A stretch of DNA of 63,713 nt, the filler included, from Craspedostauros australis (lineage: Eukaryota), in assembly GCA_030167865.1 (NCBI GenBank). It is 10 parts of 10 records of this genome, joined end to end, with 100 filler letters (N's around TTAATTAATTAA, not from the genome) between each part and the next. Parts side by side here need not be neighbours in the genome. Positions count along the whole stretch, not along the records: positions 46,320 to 47,747 come from JALAGF010003592.1; positions 47,848 to 53,179 come from JALAGF010003593.1; positions 53,280 to 62,324 come from JALAGF010003595.1; 7 more parts are not named here. One strand, 5' to 3'. The position numbers were made by a program, and so were the translations under genes. Every line of letters starts with the position of its first letter. The first letter of the stretch is position 1. This document shows, in pieces, positions 46,580 to 59,417 of this stretch. The notes below the pieces were generated by a model. The model was not told where the DNA came from. It did not search any database and saw only the letters and a program-made list of their open reading frames with translations.

Positions 46580-47747
46580 GTGGCCCTTCGTTCACAACAC
46601 GTCGTTCCGCAGCGACTTTCATCCTCTTGTCTCTCTACAGCTTCTGAAGCATTCTCTGCCTCACGCTTTGTCATGCAGCCATCCAATGCCCATGCTGTCA
46701 CCTGTGACATCTCCCCTGTTGCTGATCCCAATGGCCATGGTAACACCCATCCTGACGATCATCCCTTCAATGTTGATCAACTCTCTCATGGCAACGGTCA
46801 CCCACCCTTGGAGGATGTGGATGTGGCTTCGGTCCGCAGTGACGACGCCAATGTCTCCATTGGCCTTGTTCCTCCCCAACCTACGAAAGACTTTGGTATC
46901 TTTCCTTCCAACCGGAGGGATGCCACGCAGCATGTCATCATTCCTCCCACTGAAGGAGGATCCAAAGCAAAACCGATCGGAGGAGGAAAGGGAGGCACTC
47001 GGGGTGCCATCGAGTGGCACATCCTCTGTCCAGAATTCTACCGCACGACTGTGTCTGTTGGACATGCAGATGATGCACTGCTGTCGAACGCGCGCATGGA
47101 GATTCGAAGTCTCCGTCGAGCCATCCTCCAACTCTTCCCAAAGGCACCACCNGGATCCGCGCCTTTCGTGCCAACGCCACACGATTTGGTGCGGCACGTC
47201 CTTGGTCCAGCCTCCANCATCTACACTGATGCGTTTGGGCCAGGTGGGTTGGGGTTATCATACATGGAGTTCTCACAATTCTTGTATGGTTTCCTGGCCC
47301 AGATGATTCATGGATGTACTGCAAAGAGGCTGTATGATTCTGGTGTCAACGAGCAGCTTCGCAACTTCCCGTCCAAAGAGTTGTACCTTTCCACTTGGGC
47401 CAAGCTTCAGGCCAATGGAGAGGCACCCACACTGTTTGAACATCGATTTCTTTGGGCAGATCTCGAGGTTGCAGTGAATCGTTGCGTTCAGAAGATTTGC
47501 CTCAATCACGGAGACGCACCAAGAATCATCACGCTCGATGACGACAAAGTGCACTGCCGCAGTCACTCAGACAGTAGCTGCTTGCGGAGCATGCATCACA
47601 CACAAACCAACCGCAAAGGGTAAGATACAATAGATGGTGTTCTCTTGGATATGAGCAATTGATTGGTGGATCATTTTTCCTTTTCTTTTCAATTCTTCTC
47701 ATCCATTCCTCTTCTTCTTTATTCCATCTCTCTTCCAGATTGACACT
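46580..47747 (+). mobile_element. Fragment of a piggyBac/IS4-related DDD transposase-like gene with a probable intron (47620-47738); start uncertain
   Basis: IITLDDDK...H..NRKG motif. GG|GTAAGA donor and a long polypyrimidine tract ending TTCCAG| give in-frame NRKG-LTL at the contig end. Confidence 0.5.
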
Positions 47748-47847
47748 NNNNNNNNNNNNNNNNNNNNNNNNNNNNNNNNNNNNNNNNNNNNTTAATTAAT
47801 TAANNNNNNNNNNNNNNNNNNNNNNNNNNNNNNNNNNNNNNNNNNNN

Positions 47848-49635
47848 ACTCCCCTTCATCATGCATGCTCCAAAGGCCGCCTGGAGTGTGCGAAGTATCT
47901 CATCAGATCATGTGAGGCAAACATCAACTGCAAAAACAACGATGGTTGGACTCCCCTTCATGATGCATGCTACAACGACCAGCTGGAGTGTGTCAAGTAC
48001 CTCATCGAATCATGTGAGGCGGACATCAACTGCAAAAGCAACCATGGTTGGACTCCCCTTCATTGGGCATGCTACAATGGCCACCTGGAGTGTGTGGAGT
48101 ACCTCGTTAAATCAGCCAATGCCGATACCGACATCCAAGACAACAGCAACAAAGCACCCCTCGATGTAATCGGTGTGAAACTTGCAATCAAGATGATAAA
48201 ACGTCTCGATCATCTGAGTCACCGTAACTCACAACTGCAGAAGAAGAACGAACACCTGGAACAGCACTTGGAACGGGAGAAGGAAGCGAAGAGGCAGAAG
48301 GAGCAAGAGAATAAACAATTGAAACAGCAGCTGAAACGGGAGAAGGAAGCAAAGAGGCAAAAGGAGCAAGAGAATGAACAATTGAAACAGCAGTTGGAAC
48401 AGGAGAAGGAAGAAATGCAGCGCATGCTCTTGATAGGTCAACGGGAGAACGAACAACTGAAACGGAAGTTGAAACAACATCTCAAGATCAGCATCGACCA
48501 AGATCGTTGCGCCGCTGTTCATGCTGAGGCCATCGCAGACGTTACCTTTCTGTGTGGACAAGGGGACGAACAACAACCAATCAAGGCAAACTCTGGAGTC
48601 CTCAGGGTCACTGTTCCATCCATTCAGACACTGATTGACTCTGGAATCCAAAATCAATGCGCTCACGATGGGGCTCAAGAAAGAACTGAACCCATCCAAA
48701 CAACCATCCCTCTTCCCAACCTTCAACCAAAACACGTCCGATACATCCTCCAATGCATCTACACAGGCGAGATATCCTTCAACAACAACACTCAGGACTT
48801 CGCTGGCGATGATGACGCAAACCAGCCAACTCCCACCCTCAATGGACAGGATGATCTGCAACAGCTGATCCTTGTGGCCAACGAGTTCGGCTTCTGGCGA
48901 CTCAAGCTTGTTCTTGAAACAGAGTTGGCCCGCAAGCATCTCACAGAGGACACCATGATAGGTGCGTTGATATTCGCTGATCAACACAACTGTGTGGTGT
49001 TGAAGGATGCAGCAATGAGAATGGCAGGTGAACATGAGAATACACTGTTCACTCATCCAGATTTCAAGAAACTATTTCCACACCAGCAACTGATGGGAGG
49101 AATTTATATCATGTGCAGTGGGGGAGCGGAGAGTGATGGAGTTGATGGTGAGTACAGCCAGATGTCCATGATGGAGCTGTACAAGGTTGTCGATGAGGAT
49201 GAGGGTACAGCACAAGTGGATTCATACATGGATCGGGTGACATTGGTGGACTTCGTCCGCTCTTTGAATATCAAATCATCCAAAGTGATTGAGATGGACG
49301 GCGCTGTCACTGAAAACTTGAACCCAGACCGTGCCACAGCCATGGCATTCTTGCCATGGCTGTTGGTTCTGTTGTTGGCACTGCGATTGCCCATGCCCCA
49401 AGATCTTCTCTACTCCGGAGCAGTCGGTTTGATATCTTCCTTTCTGATGTCGCTGAGCGATGCGCCACATTTGAGATCGCTGTTCGTCACCGCTCGTCAT
49501 TCATCATTGGTATCATCATTGGCATCATCACAGTCTCTTGCCATGGTCGCCTTCGTCCATGCTGGTTGGCGTGCCATACTTTGCGCAGCTGCCGCTTGCT
49601 TGACTATTTCATTGCTTCATTTCTTCATTGCTTGA
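47848..49635 (+). CDS. Ankyrin repeat - coiled coil - BTB/POZ protein (5' truncated), hydrophobic C-terminal tail
   Basis: The frame is open from 47848: TPLHHAC/GWTPLHDAC/GWTPLHWAC at a 102-bp period. 63-bp coiled-coil repeats. BTB-like ADVTFLCG, ILQCIYTG, LILVANEFG..LK, ALIFADQHNC..LK. Confidence 0.88.
   Translation, partial: TPLHHACSKGRLECAKYLIRSCEANINCKNNDGWTPLHDACYNDQLECVKYLIESCEADINCKSNHGWTPLHWACYNGHLECVEYLVKSANADTDIQDNSNKAPLDVIGVKLAIKMIKRLDHLSHRNSQLQKKNEHLEQHLEREKEAKRQKEQENKQLKQQLKREKEAKRQKEQENEQLKQQLEQEKEEMQRMLLIGQRENEQLKRKLKQHLKISIDQDRCAAVHAEAIADVTFLCGQGDEQQPIKANSGVLRVTVPSIQTLIDSGIQNQCAHDGAQERTEPIQTTIPLPNLQPKHVRYILQCIYTGEISFNNNTQDFAGDDDANQPTPTLNGQDDLQQLILVANEFGFWRLKLVLETELARKHLTEDTMIGALIFADQHNCVVLKDAAMRMAGEHENTLFTHPDFKKLFPHQQLMGGIYIMCSGGAESDGVDGEYSQMSMMELYKVVDEDEGTAQVDSYMDRVTLVDFVRSLNIKSSKVIEMDGAVTENLNPDRATAMAFLPWLLVLLLALRLPMPQDLLYSGAVGLISSFLMSLSDAPHLRSLFVTARHSSLVSSLASSQSLAMVAFVHAGWRAILCAAAACLTISLLHFFIA
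48271..48412 (+). repeat. 63-bp tandem coding repeat (21 aa, three heptads) x2.3
   Basis: Units start at 48271, 48334 and 48397. Confidence 0.9.
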
Positions 49636-50235
49636 TGGACAATGTCTCAGTGTTGGCTGATACCTCCATCAATGCAAACATAGTCATGCCATTTCATCTC
49701 TCTTGCTCTTTCACTCTCTCTCTTGTTGTGTTGATGTTGATGTTGTTTGATGGATCATGGGTGCAAAATCGAAGGTTCGTTGTTTTGGGTATTGTCAAGA
49801 ATTGTTGGCGCGTTTGTTGAGTACTCGTCTGTCTGCCATCCGTCGTTCATTCAACCAATACCACACACAAACACCCACAACCAACATCATCTCGCTGTTG
49901 TCTTCATTCGACGCAACTCTGTTCGATGATGACGATGGCGACCACTTCAACGACGCCACATCCCTTCACAATTGGTACCACCGACGCAAACGCAAACACA
50001 ACCACAAACAATCAGACAAGATGACAAAGAATCGACATCCAAGAGGAACTGTGGGAAGCCTCGCCAGTTGCTCCGTACCCTTGACCCACCCGTCCTACGA
50101 CTATGAGTATTACTATGGAACCTTCCATGAGTATGATCTACTCTGGGAGTTGCCACAGCCAAGCGTCCAGCCTGATAGGTACTCTGTTCGAACCTTCGTC
50201 CAGCCCGTGCGGTCATGTGATCATGACGATCGAAG

Positions 50236-51444
50236 TTGCTGGAAGAGGACGGCGTCAAACTGATAGCAGAGAAACAAACGGAGACCAAGCAATCGCAACA
50301 GGCCGACACGAAATCGAAGGCGAGCAAGCCCACAAGCGTAGCCAAAGAGGCCAAAGCAGCTGCAAAATCAGGTCGTCGTGCGAGTGTCAGCACAGATACA
50401 CCAAACAGCGCCAATAGAAGTGCAGCCAAAGATGCAAAAGCTTCGGCTGTGAAACGATCACGTGCGAAGAGTCTGGACATGCTCGACATGCAAGATCACG
50501 AGATGTCATTCAGCTCCCTTGATCCCAGCAAGTTCAACAACAACGAATCGATACCGTCGCCAAACACCCCAGGTGGACTCAGCTTCGCCACAGCCCCAGC
50601 ACTCGGCGCAACCCGCGAACGGAGCAGCCAAGACAAGATGATGCTTGCCCAGAGTTGAAGACGCAGGCCAAGGCCGCCACGGCATCGGCGGAGAAGCGCA
50701 CAGCACACCAGTGGCAAGCCGCACGCGACATCGCCAAGATCAAAGAGTGCGGAGCGTTCGCCATCATTGTGTCATCGTTGTGACGGAGCAATTCACGCTT
50801 CCTCCTCTGGAAGAAGCCGCGGCTCGCCATCGGCGCGGAGTCGTCGAGGCCCGTCTGATCGCGACCGCAGAAGAACTGCGCAAGTATCGATGGACTCATC
50901 TCCATCATCGCGGAGACAACGAACATCTGGCAGTTTGGATGATGTGAACGCAGCCTCGAGTTCACGCGAAGTCACCTCAAATGCGCACTCCACTGGTACT
51001 GGTTTGCAACGGCGCAAGGGTTCACCTTCCCGAAAGAATGCCCGAGGAAGTTGGCGAAGACCAAATCAACGTGGCCGTAGCCAATCGACACCATGTGGCG
51101 AAGATCAGCAAAGGAAGTCCTCCGATGAACGATCACCATCGGCGCGACAACGAAACAGATGAAGAAGATATCGTATTGACAGCGTCGAATGGCACAGCAA
51201 CGAGCGAGATGAAGATGGACGGCATGGCAAACAACAGCATGGCAACAAACATTCGTCATCACGCGGGGCCCTTCAATCAAATCATCGTGGACGAAGCAGA
51301 TCGTCGACTCGCGATGCTGTCTACCATGAGAAGATATCTGGCTCAAAGCCAATGCAACTCACACCAAATAAAGCGGTCAGGAGCAAAAGCTCATCTCAGT
51401 ACCGCGATTGCTCGATGAATGGTACCAAAACTCACACCCTGTGA
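50236..51444 (+). pseudogene. Arg/Ser-rich low-complexity ORF broken by two in-frame TGA codons (50656-50658, 51160-51162)
   Basis: ORFs 50236 and 50767 share a frame, which stays open to TGA 51442-51444. Both internal stops sit in Arg runs. Confidence 0.4.
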
Positions 51445-54400
51445 TGCATCACGACACGATGGGATGGAATGAGATGAGATGGATGGGCCGCTCCGTACTC
51501 GTATCATATGCATAGAGGTGTGGTAGACTCACGTCGCTGTAATATAATACACCTACGAATAGACTGTAATGTTCTATGATATATAGGATTGGAACAGTAC
51601 CGCATGCACTATATCTGCTTGTGCAATAGAACACTGTGATGAAGGCACCGGATGTTTCAAGAGATTGAAGGGCTGGATACTGCTCCCAGGCTGCCTCCGC
51701 CTTGTCTACGACTAGGCTGGTGCGCTCTCTGCGGTACAAACGCACACAAGGATGTTGCCGATGTCATTCACAAGCAGATTGGACGTCCGTGGTTCCATCC
51801 ATGCTCCGCCATCAGCATCGTTGTGCAGACAAAGGACGCATGGCAGCAGCATTATCACAAGCCGTGCGGTCGTCACCATGCCGCCGGATTCACACCCAGT
51901 GCACTCCACTCCAAGTCACACTGCCAAGAAGAATGAAAGCAACAGTGCCGATGCCAGCCGATCCAAGTTGCTGGAAGAGGCGATCTACGAAGAACACATG
52001 GCGAGCAAGGCAGAGGGAAATAGTGAGAAGCCGCGAGGAGCATGGTTGCTGTGCGGTTCCATCGACCGTCTCGTATCACGCTATCGTTCTCATCTCACCA
52101 GGAGTTGCACTCCCGCCATCGTGCCCAAAGCTGTAGTCAAGAGCCTTACCAAGTCCGATGAGGAGCGATCACTTGCCGTTGGAGAAACAAATGCCACGGT
52201 CACCATCCATTCCAATCTTCGAAGCGACCAGTGCCAGCATGACGGAAAGACAAGAACCGACGAGCCAGCGCAGTCCAAACATCCAGCCAGCTTGGTGAGC
52301 AAAAGAAGAAACCAACGAACCAACCAACCAACGAGCAACCCCATGCAGAGTGCGAGTGCCGTATTGCGGATCATGGTTGACACAGAGTTTCCATATGGCA
52401 CAAGAATCATGCGGTCAGCGATCCGTGGCCGATGCGCGCACCGTATCTCCACATGTCCTCCTTCATGGTGCTCCCAACTTTGTTCGTGAGGTGGATGTTC
52501 CTGTCGATCGCCTCGGTTGAGGATCGATGCTCTGGAAGTCATGGGCCAAGACGGCGGCACTCATGCCTATTGATAGAATGCGCACGGTGTTGTGTGTTGG
52601 TGGTCCGTGTGGCAGGAACAGTGGAGGCGGCACAGTATCACTCCGCCTGATGCTTGCTGAACGTGTCAACTCATCCCAATACGCAATGTGGTGTTGGTTT
52701 GATGTTGGGGACTCTTGTTGCCCGCGCGGATGGTGATGGTTGCAGTGCGGTGGGATGGTATCCAGTCAAATCCAAATGAGATGGGTCGCAACCAACACAG
52801 GCAATCAACAAAGGCAGTCACATTGGTGGCTTCATCGGTGGCTTCATGGTTGTTCAAGGCATTGGTTCACACCTCAAGTTGGTGCTTGTGGTGGCGACGA
52901 TGACAGCTCTCTCTGTTTCCGAAGACTTTCACGTTGTTTGCTTCGGATTGGTGTTGCGTTGATTGTGGCCAAAAGAGAACTCTGTTGTGGTGCTTCTTTC
53001 TTGTTGTTGCTCGCGCGCATTTTCGTGATGGACGGAACCAAAGGGGTCCGCCCACACGAACCAGACGCGTTCGACCAAGACGACAACACACACCATTCTG
53101 TTGGTACACGGTCGGATGACAGACGGAGCAGCAGCAAATCCCATGTTCACAGCCTCTGCGGAGACAATCAGAGTATCCANNNNNNNNNNNNNNNNNNNNN
53201 NNNNNNNNNNNNNNNNNNNNNNNTTAATTAATTAANNNNNNNNNNNNNNNNNNNNNNNNNNNNNNNNNNNNNNNNNNNNACGATGGCAGTGTGAGATTTT
53301 TCCCTTTTTGGGTGGAATTGCTGGGGAGAGAGGGCCGGAATTACAATATAATTTATTTTATATTTCCATTCGCCTCGTCGTATTTCCCTTTTCGCTGGGA
53401 CTCTTTCCACATTCCCACGTAGAACTGATGTAACTTCCCTACCTGATGAAGATCACGAACTGCGCTGCGTGCCAAGAAAGCCCCCCCATTGAGCTGGCGT
53501 CGGTTGGTGCGAATGCGAAGCAGAACAGATTCGTCGCCGCCAGAACGGCCCTTTTCCACTGCAGGTATCGCACCTGGGACTCACATGAGCGGTCTGTGTT
53601 CGTCACGTGTTGATCGAACGAGACAAGCAAGCCGATGGCATCGACTCTTGCGACTGGTTTGGGTTGAGCAGTCTACCATTTCCTAGAAGTCATCCATTGC
53701 ATACGGGTACACAAGTCATCAAAATTGTATTACAACGTCACCTTCACAACCATCTATTATATCATATGATACTATGTTGGCACACTTGCCGCCTCTGCGC
53801 TCTATTCCACATTTATTGCTCTATTCACAATGATCGTCGCAACAGACAATCCAAATCATTGCACTATGCTTTGGTACGCCCAGGAGCTCGTCCGCTACAA
53901 GTGACTTGGGTGGCTCTTGCACCAGCATGCCTCCTTCCCAGAAGTCACGTAGCAGAAACGGAAAAAACCAGGGGGGTGCCAAATATCGCCCATTGCGCAT
54001 GGGGTGAAGCACGACTTCCGCAGTACATGCGATACAGACACAGGATGTCGTAACAGAAAGCATCAGGAATCGCGAGTAAAAAGCATGAAAAGAGGTGTGG
54101 AACACCGTTTTGCTACGAAAAATACCCTTTTGTGATACGCCGATGATAGGGATTACCGCGCCTCCCTGCGTCTCTTGGCTTCGGATAACTGTTCCGCGTC
54201 GCCGGCTACTTGGCTGTTGGCGGATTCAACGGTTGCAGAGCAGGATTCAGAGTTCTTCCACAAAGCAGACACAGGCTCCAAAATGCGAAGTCTGACGCTG
54301 TTGGCCTTCCTCGATTTCCGCAACCGCTGCCCAGGTCCGCTTCCACCTTTGTGTTGGGCAGAATAATTGATCTGGATCGACGTCGCAAACAAAAGCAGGA

Positions 54401-56347
54401 TGGCGCCAGCACAGGCAAGAACATTGGCGAGGCCATCTACGACTATGACATTCAAAGCAGGTCCTTGTTGATCGAAGGCGCTTCTCCTCACCCGTAAGAA
54501 GACCTTCAACGGCAGAGCGAGCCGAAGTTCTTTGCGTGTTGCTGCATAGAGTAGCGCACAGGATTTTAGGGAAGGTGCGACCACTACAAGAGTCAAGACC
54601 GGGTTGAACCTTCTTGGGGTTGTGTGCATCTCGGCGCAACAGGAGGATAATAGTTGCAGGCATCTGTTGTGCTTCAAAATTTAGTTTCGAAGAAACCAAT
54701 TTCTATCGAGATCCGTCTCCATCTTGCCTCGTGTCTCGTGCTGCTTCGTGTTGTCTAGGAATGGTTGTGGCATGCATGTGGTGCACATCCATGGCGACAG
54801 TCGAAGAGAGCCTCAGAAACAGAGCGGTTCCATGGTGTGAATGTACGTCGCATCATCCCGTATCACTCCGCATCCACAAGCGTTGCCATGTTGTGAACCA
54901 CATGATCCATTTGCTTTGTAGTTGTATGCGATGCTGGTCGGGGTCGTGTATCTCGTAGAGTCATAGTAATTCAAGGCAAGGCATGCGCGGCGGGTCGAGG
55001 CACGCGTATCTTGGTCCCACATTTTGCGATCAGCGAAGCACAAGAGAAGTACCCCACTTAGCTTCGCTACTGCTGCTTGTTCCATGTCATTTTGACGGCT
55101 CAGAAGTTCCCTCTATTTGATCGCTTGTGCAGACATGCACCTCGCAACGATCTTCTCCACGAGCACCTTGCGTACCTGCCCTCGTCGTCTTCTTCTTCAT
55201 CTTCTTGTTGTGCGACTATTCGTATTCTTGGCAACCAAGATACCTGCTTCCTCTACTCTACTCTGCTCCACGGGGTACTCGTATCACTGACCATGATGCG
55301 TTGCAACATGTAGCGGACTAAACTATTGATATTCTTGAGACCGGTGGCGCGGATCGCCCACCACGCTCTGAGCAGTATACCTTCTGGCTTGTGATGGGAA
55401 AACGAACAATCCTCTTTCGGCAGCGCACATTACGTCTGCGCAAGGCAACAGCCTCCTCCAAATCGCAACACACGCCACAAACAGTTCGCCTTGCCGTGCA
55501 TGGCAGATACAAAGACTTTGCATCTCCATCTCTCCTGTTTCATCAGATCTTATACCATGTTGGCCCCACCTTCGCGAACAGTTGTAATCCTGAAATCGAT
55601 CAATCAACCAACCTGGAGCAGTCGTTCGACCTTTCCGCTGAGTCGCACACTCTAATACGAATAGAATACCATGTATCATGGCGCGTTGTGCTGGAAGGAT
55701 TCGGCGGAGACTATAATGCTGCGAACAAGCGGTTCCTTGGGATCTCCATTCGGAGACGTGCCATGACGCCGATGTCAATAGTTGTACCCGAGGTGACGAT
55801 GGCGCAACGAGAGTTGCTTCCATCCTTCCGAACAGGGCGGCATCATCCATCCCGTACCCCGGTATCTCAACTCCAACCCAATCCAGTTCAAACTTCTGTG
55901 GTACAAACCGAATGGGCCATCAAATCGAGGCGGTTTGCACCTGTGATTCACAGCTTGAGCGATGAGATCATGAGCGAAGCGTCAACGAGAAAGATGGCAA
56001 GATTGGATCTACGAGTACGATCACCTTGCACGTCTCTTGTGGACCGAGGATGAGCGATCCATTTCGTGTCATGCCAACCCAAGAACATGGCGTATTCGCG
56101 TTACCGCGATGTCATTCCCGTTCAGGGTTTCGCGCCAAAATATGAAGGGCTATCCAAGTACGTTATGTCGCCACCAACGAATGACACGGAAGAGAAAGAA
56201 CAACACAATCACATCTTCTGCCACTAGCAGTGACACCAACACCAACAGGAACTGGAACTGGAACAGGAACTGATGCGCAGCCATACCAGTTGAACAGCAA
56301 CCAAGAGTACCCTCCTCGTAGTCGTAGTCGTACTCGTCGTCGTCGTC

Positions 56348-56671
56348 GTGCTCCCACTCCCACTCGGACTCTTGCAACGAAAGAAGGGACGAAGGAACGC
56401 GAGCGCTCGATCGCAGCCGCATCGTCACCACCACTCAGCATCCACGAGCATGTCGACGATTCTCGATCCCGCAGGGTATCGGTACAACCATGGGACAGGT
56501 CAGCACTACATCGTGCATGAAGATGAGCAGGACCGGCTGACTCCGAGATATTCACTCCACTGCTGCCTCTGCCAGTGTCTGGACTGGTGCATCTTCATCT
56601 TCGTCCTGGCGTTCCTCGGTGGCTGCTTCTACCTGTGCTACTACATCTACAACAACTATGGCAGCGGTTGA
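56348..56671 (+). CDS. Possible small Cys-rich membrane protein (C-terminal part; gene structure unresolved)
   Basis: CCLCQCLDWCIFIFVLAFLGGCFYLCYYIY with C-ending codon bias. The start cannot be placed. Confidence 0.3.
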   Translation: MLPLPLGLLQRKKGRRNASARSQPHRHHHSASTSMSTILDPAGYRYNHGTGQHYIVHEDEQDRLTPRYSLHCCLCQCLDWCIFIFVLAFLGGCFYLCYYIYNNYGSG

Positions 56672-57464
56672 CGAGCGGTGCAATGCCTGTCATTGGGGTG
56701 TCGTTGGCATAGACACGATGATGGGGTGACGCGACGACGTCTGGCAAGTCCCAGACTGCGTCAATCAATGACACTGTCCACGCTCTGCAACTATGGGGCA
56801 ATACTGCACAGTGCTCCTGTTTCGAGAAGGAAAACAGCAACAGAAACAGCGACAGCGACAGCATGGCTATGATGATCACGAAGCATTGAGAAAAAACTGG
56901 GGGCTACCACCCTTGCGCCGTGAGCGGCTGTGCAAATGATGGTCCTTTTCGAGTGGGTCCTCCAACTCTGCTGAGTATCAGCCTTCATGACGAAATCAAA
57001 ACCAATAAAATTGGGTATTCCTCGTACGTGTGGTAGATCGTACAAGGCTTGGCTGGGGATCACGCGGGATGGAATGTTACGATCGAAGACATGCTACCAA
57101 ACGACCGGTACGCATGACACTTCAGCTTGTAAAGAGATGCAAGGGGCTGTCAGGTTGGGACCATGCGCCTTCCTTCTGGCTCCACTCCACAAACATACGG
57201 CACCAATCGTTACTCTCCAAAACGCACGATAACTTGGTGCTGTAGCAAATTCAGAATGAGAGAGAAATTCATCTCAAACGGCTACGCTTTGGAACTAAGC
57301 GGGCACAATTTGCATCTGCGATAGTCATCACGGTGTTTCATACATGGATCCAACACAATAGTGTATAATATGTAGTCCACCACAGTTCGTCTTCACCAAG
57401 CTTATGCATCAGTTGGCAATAGTAGCCGCATCAAGATGCCATAGACTTTCTATATTCAATCCAC

Positions 57465-57503
57465 TCATTCGTCGCTGCTGCTGCTGCTGCTGCTGCTGTT
57501 CTC

Positions 57504-57535
<32 letters not shown>

Positions 57536-59417
57536 CAGATGAAGTGGAAGAGGTGGTCGTCTCAACGGACGATGATTCGCTGCCGATGGCTGCTGCAGAG
57601 TCGTCGTCAGATTCGGACTCAGATTCCGACGACGATGAGGAAGACGAGGAAGATGAACTGGAATGTGACGGCGATGATGTATAGTCCGAGTCGTACATGT
57701 CCTGCTGGAATCGATCCACCTGGAATGGCGTCAAATCAACCGTCGTCGACTTGCCATCGAGGATCAATTCCGACATGGCGAGGCCCGTTGCCGGTCCTTG
57801 CAAGATGCCCCACACGGAATGGCCGACAGCACAGTACACGCCGTCCGCCGGTGACACCTTGCCAATGATGGGCCATCCATCTGGCGTTTCTGGCCAGTAG
57901 CATGCCTGCACGGTGTGTGGTTCGACTCCGCCCAATTCCGTGCTGGTTCGTTCCAGGGCTTCTTTGAGGAATGCGATGCCGTCCTCTTCGACCTCCTCCT
58001 GCCCAGGTCGTTCGGTGACGATGATTTCATCTCCGGTGTATCCATTGACGTAGTTATCGCCATCCGGACGAGGGTAGACTTCGAGATCTCCATCCATCAT
58101 GTCAGGGTGATCGCTTTCGAAGAAGACTGCCTGGTTCAGCACGCGGCCTTCCTTGGAACGCACTAACATGGAAGGGCACTTCACACCCGTGATCAACGGC
58201 AGAATAGGCACTTCGGCATCGCTGTCGTCGCTGTCACTGCTGTACGAACTGCTGGCATCGCTGTCCGGCGGAGGCGTGTTGCTTGTGGCACGATTTCCAT
58301 CTCCATTCGACGTGGGTCCATTTCCACTCGCGGCACCTGCAGCGGAGCCTCCATTCCTGCTCGTGTCATTGTAGGGTGTTGTGTCGAACCACTTGCGGGC
58401 CTCGTGCGTCCATGGGCCACAGGCGATGACCAGCTTGTCGCATTCGATGGTCGTCCCGTCATCCAGCTGCACGCCCTGCAGCCTCTCGGAACAGGATGAT
58501 CCAACCGCATCGCCGCTGCCGCTGTCATCATTGTCGCCCTTATCCACATTCTTCGTCGTGATCGCCTTGACGATGCGTCCCACGACAAGCTCGGAATCCA
58601 CCGTTTCGGAGGTGTATTGCCACATGGCATCGCACAACTTCTTGGGATGCACTTGCGCGATGGTATCTTCGTCGCCCATGAAAGCATGGCCCATGACGCC
58701 CACATTGACCCACTCCACCTCGTTGACCTTGCGCGCCTTTGGTTTGGAGACCGGCCCGTTGCCATCCACCGCCACGGCTTCGCAACGCAGCCGTCGGTAA
58801 TCCACGACGTTGTCGGTGGGAGAAGGATCGTCCAACCGACCCAACGCCTCCTTGCTGAACTGCACGGTCGCCAACTCCTCGTGCAGATCGAAGGAAAGAC
58901 GATGCAGCTGCTCCACCGGCGTGGTGTCTCTCCAGGTTTTGGCCAGGAAACCACCCGCCTTGCTGGATGCTCCTGGCGCGATGCCCACGGGGTCAATCAG
59001 GGTGACCGGGACATTGCGCTTCGCCAAGTAGAAGGCGATGGAGTTGCCGATGATGCCGCCGCCGGCAATCACGATTCTATCCAGTGCGACCATGCTGGGT
59101 TTCGACTTCGAATCCGCTGATGAAGTTGCAACTTCTGGGGTCTGCGCCTGCGCGGATGCAACGGCAGATTTCGGCGATGCCAACGGCGATGGCGTCGACG
59201 AAGACGAGGTGGACTCTTCGGTGGGAAAGGTCCGGTTCGTGGATGACAGGTCGACCGTCTTGATGGTGCTGCAGTCTTTGGTCTTCGTCAGCCGCTGGCC
59301 GTTGGACAGATCAAGCCTTCGGGATGCTGGCAGCCGCGTGGGCGAATCGATGCAACGCGAAGGACGGGAGGACGGGACGCACGCGTTTTTGCCGCTGGAC
59401 GTCGGTGTTTGCTGCAT
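57465..59417 (-). CDS. FAD-dependent oxidoreductase, DAO/glycine oxidase family (TDA3-like), ~650 aa
   Basis: IVIAGGGIIG, ASSKAGGFLA, AQVHP, IACGPW, QACYWPETPDGWPIIG, GHSVWGILQGPATG. Confidence 0.92.

Noticed and set aside
50656..51162. Selenocysteine or programmed read-through at in-frame TGA codons
   Set aside because: The context is Arg-rich and low complexity with no redox motif or evident SECIS; CGA>TGA mutation fits better.
51700..56053. Medium ORFs (51752-52489, 55391-56053 and others)
   Set aside because: No domain motifs, non-ATG starts and weak codon bias.
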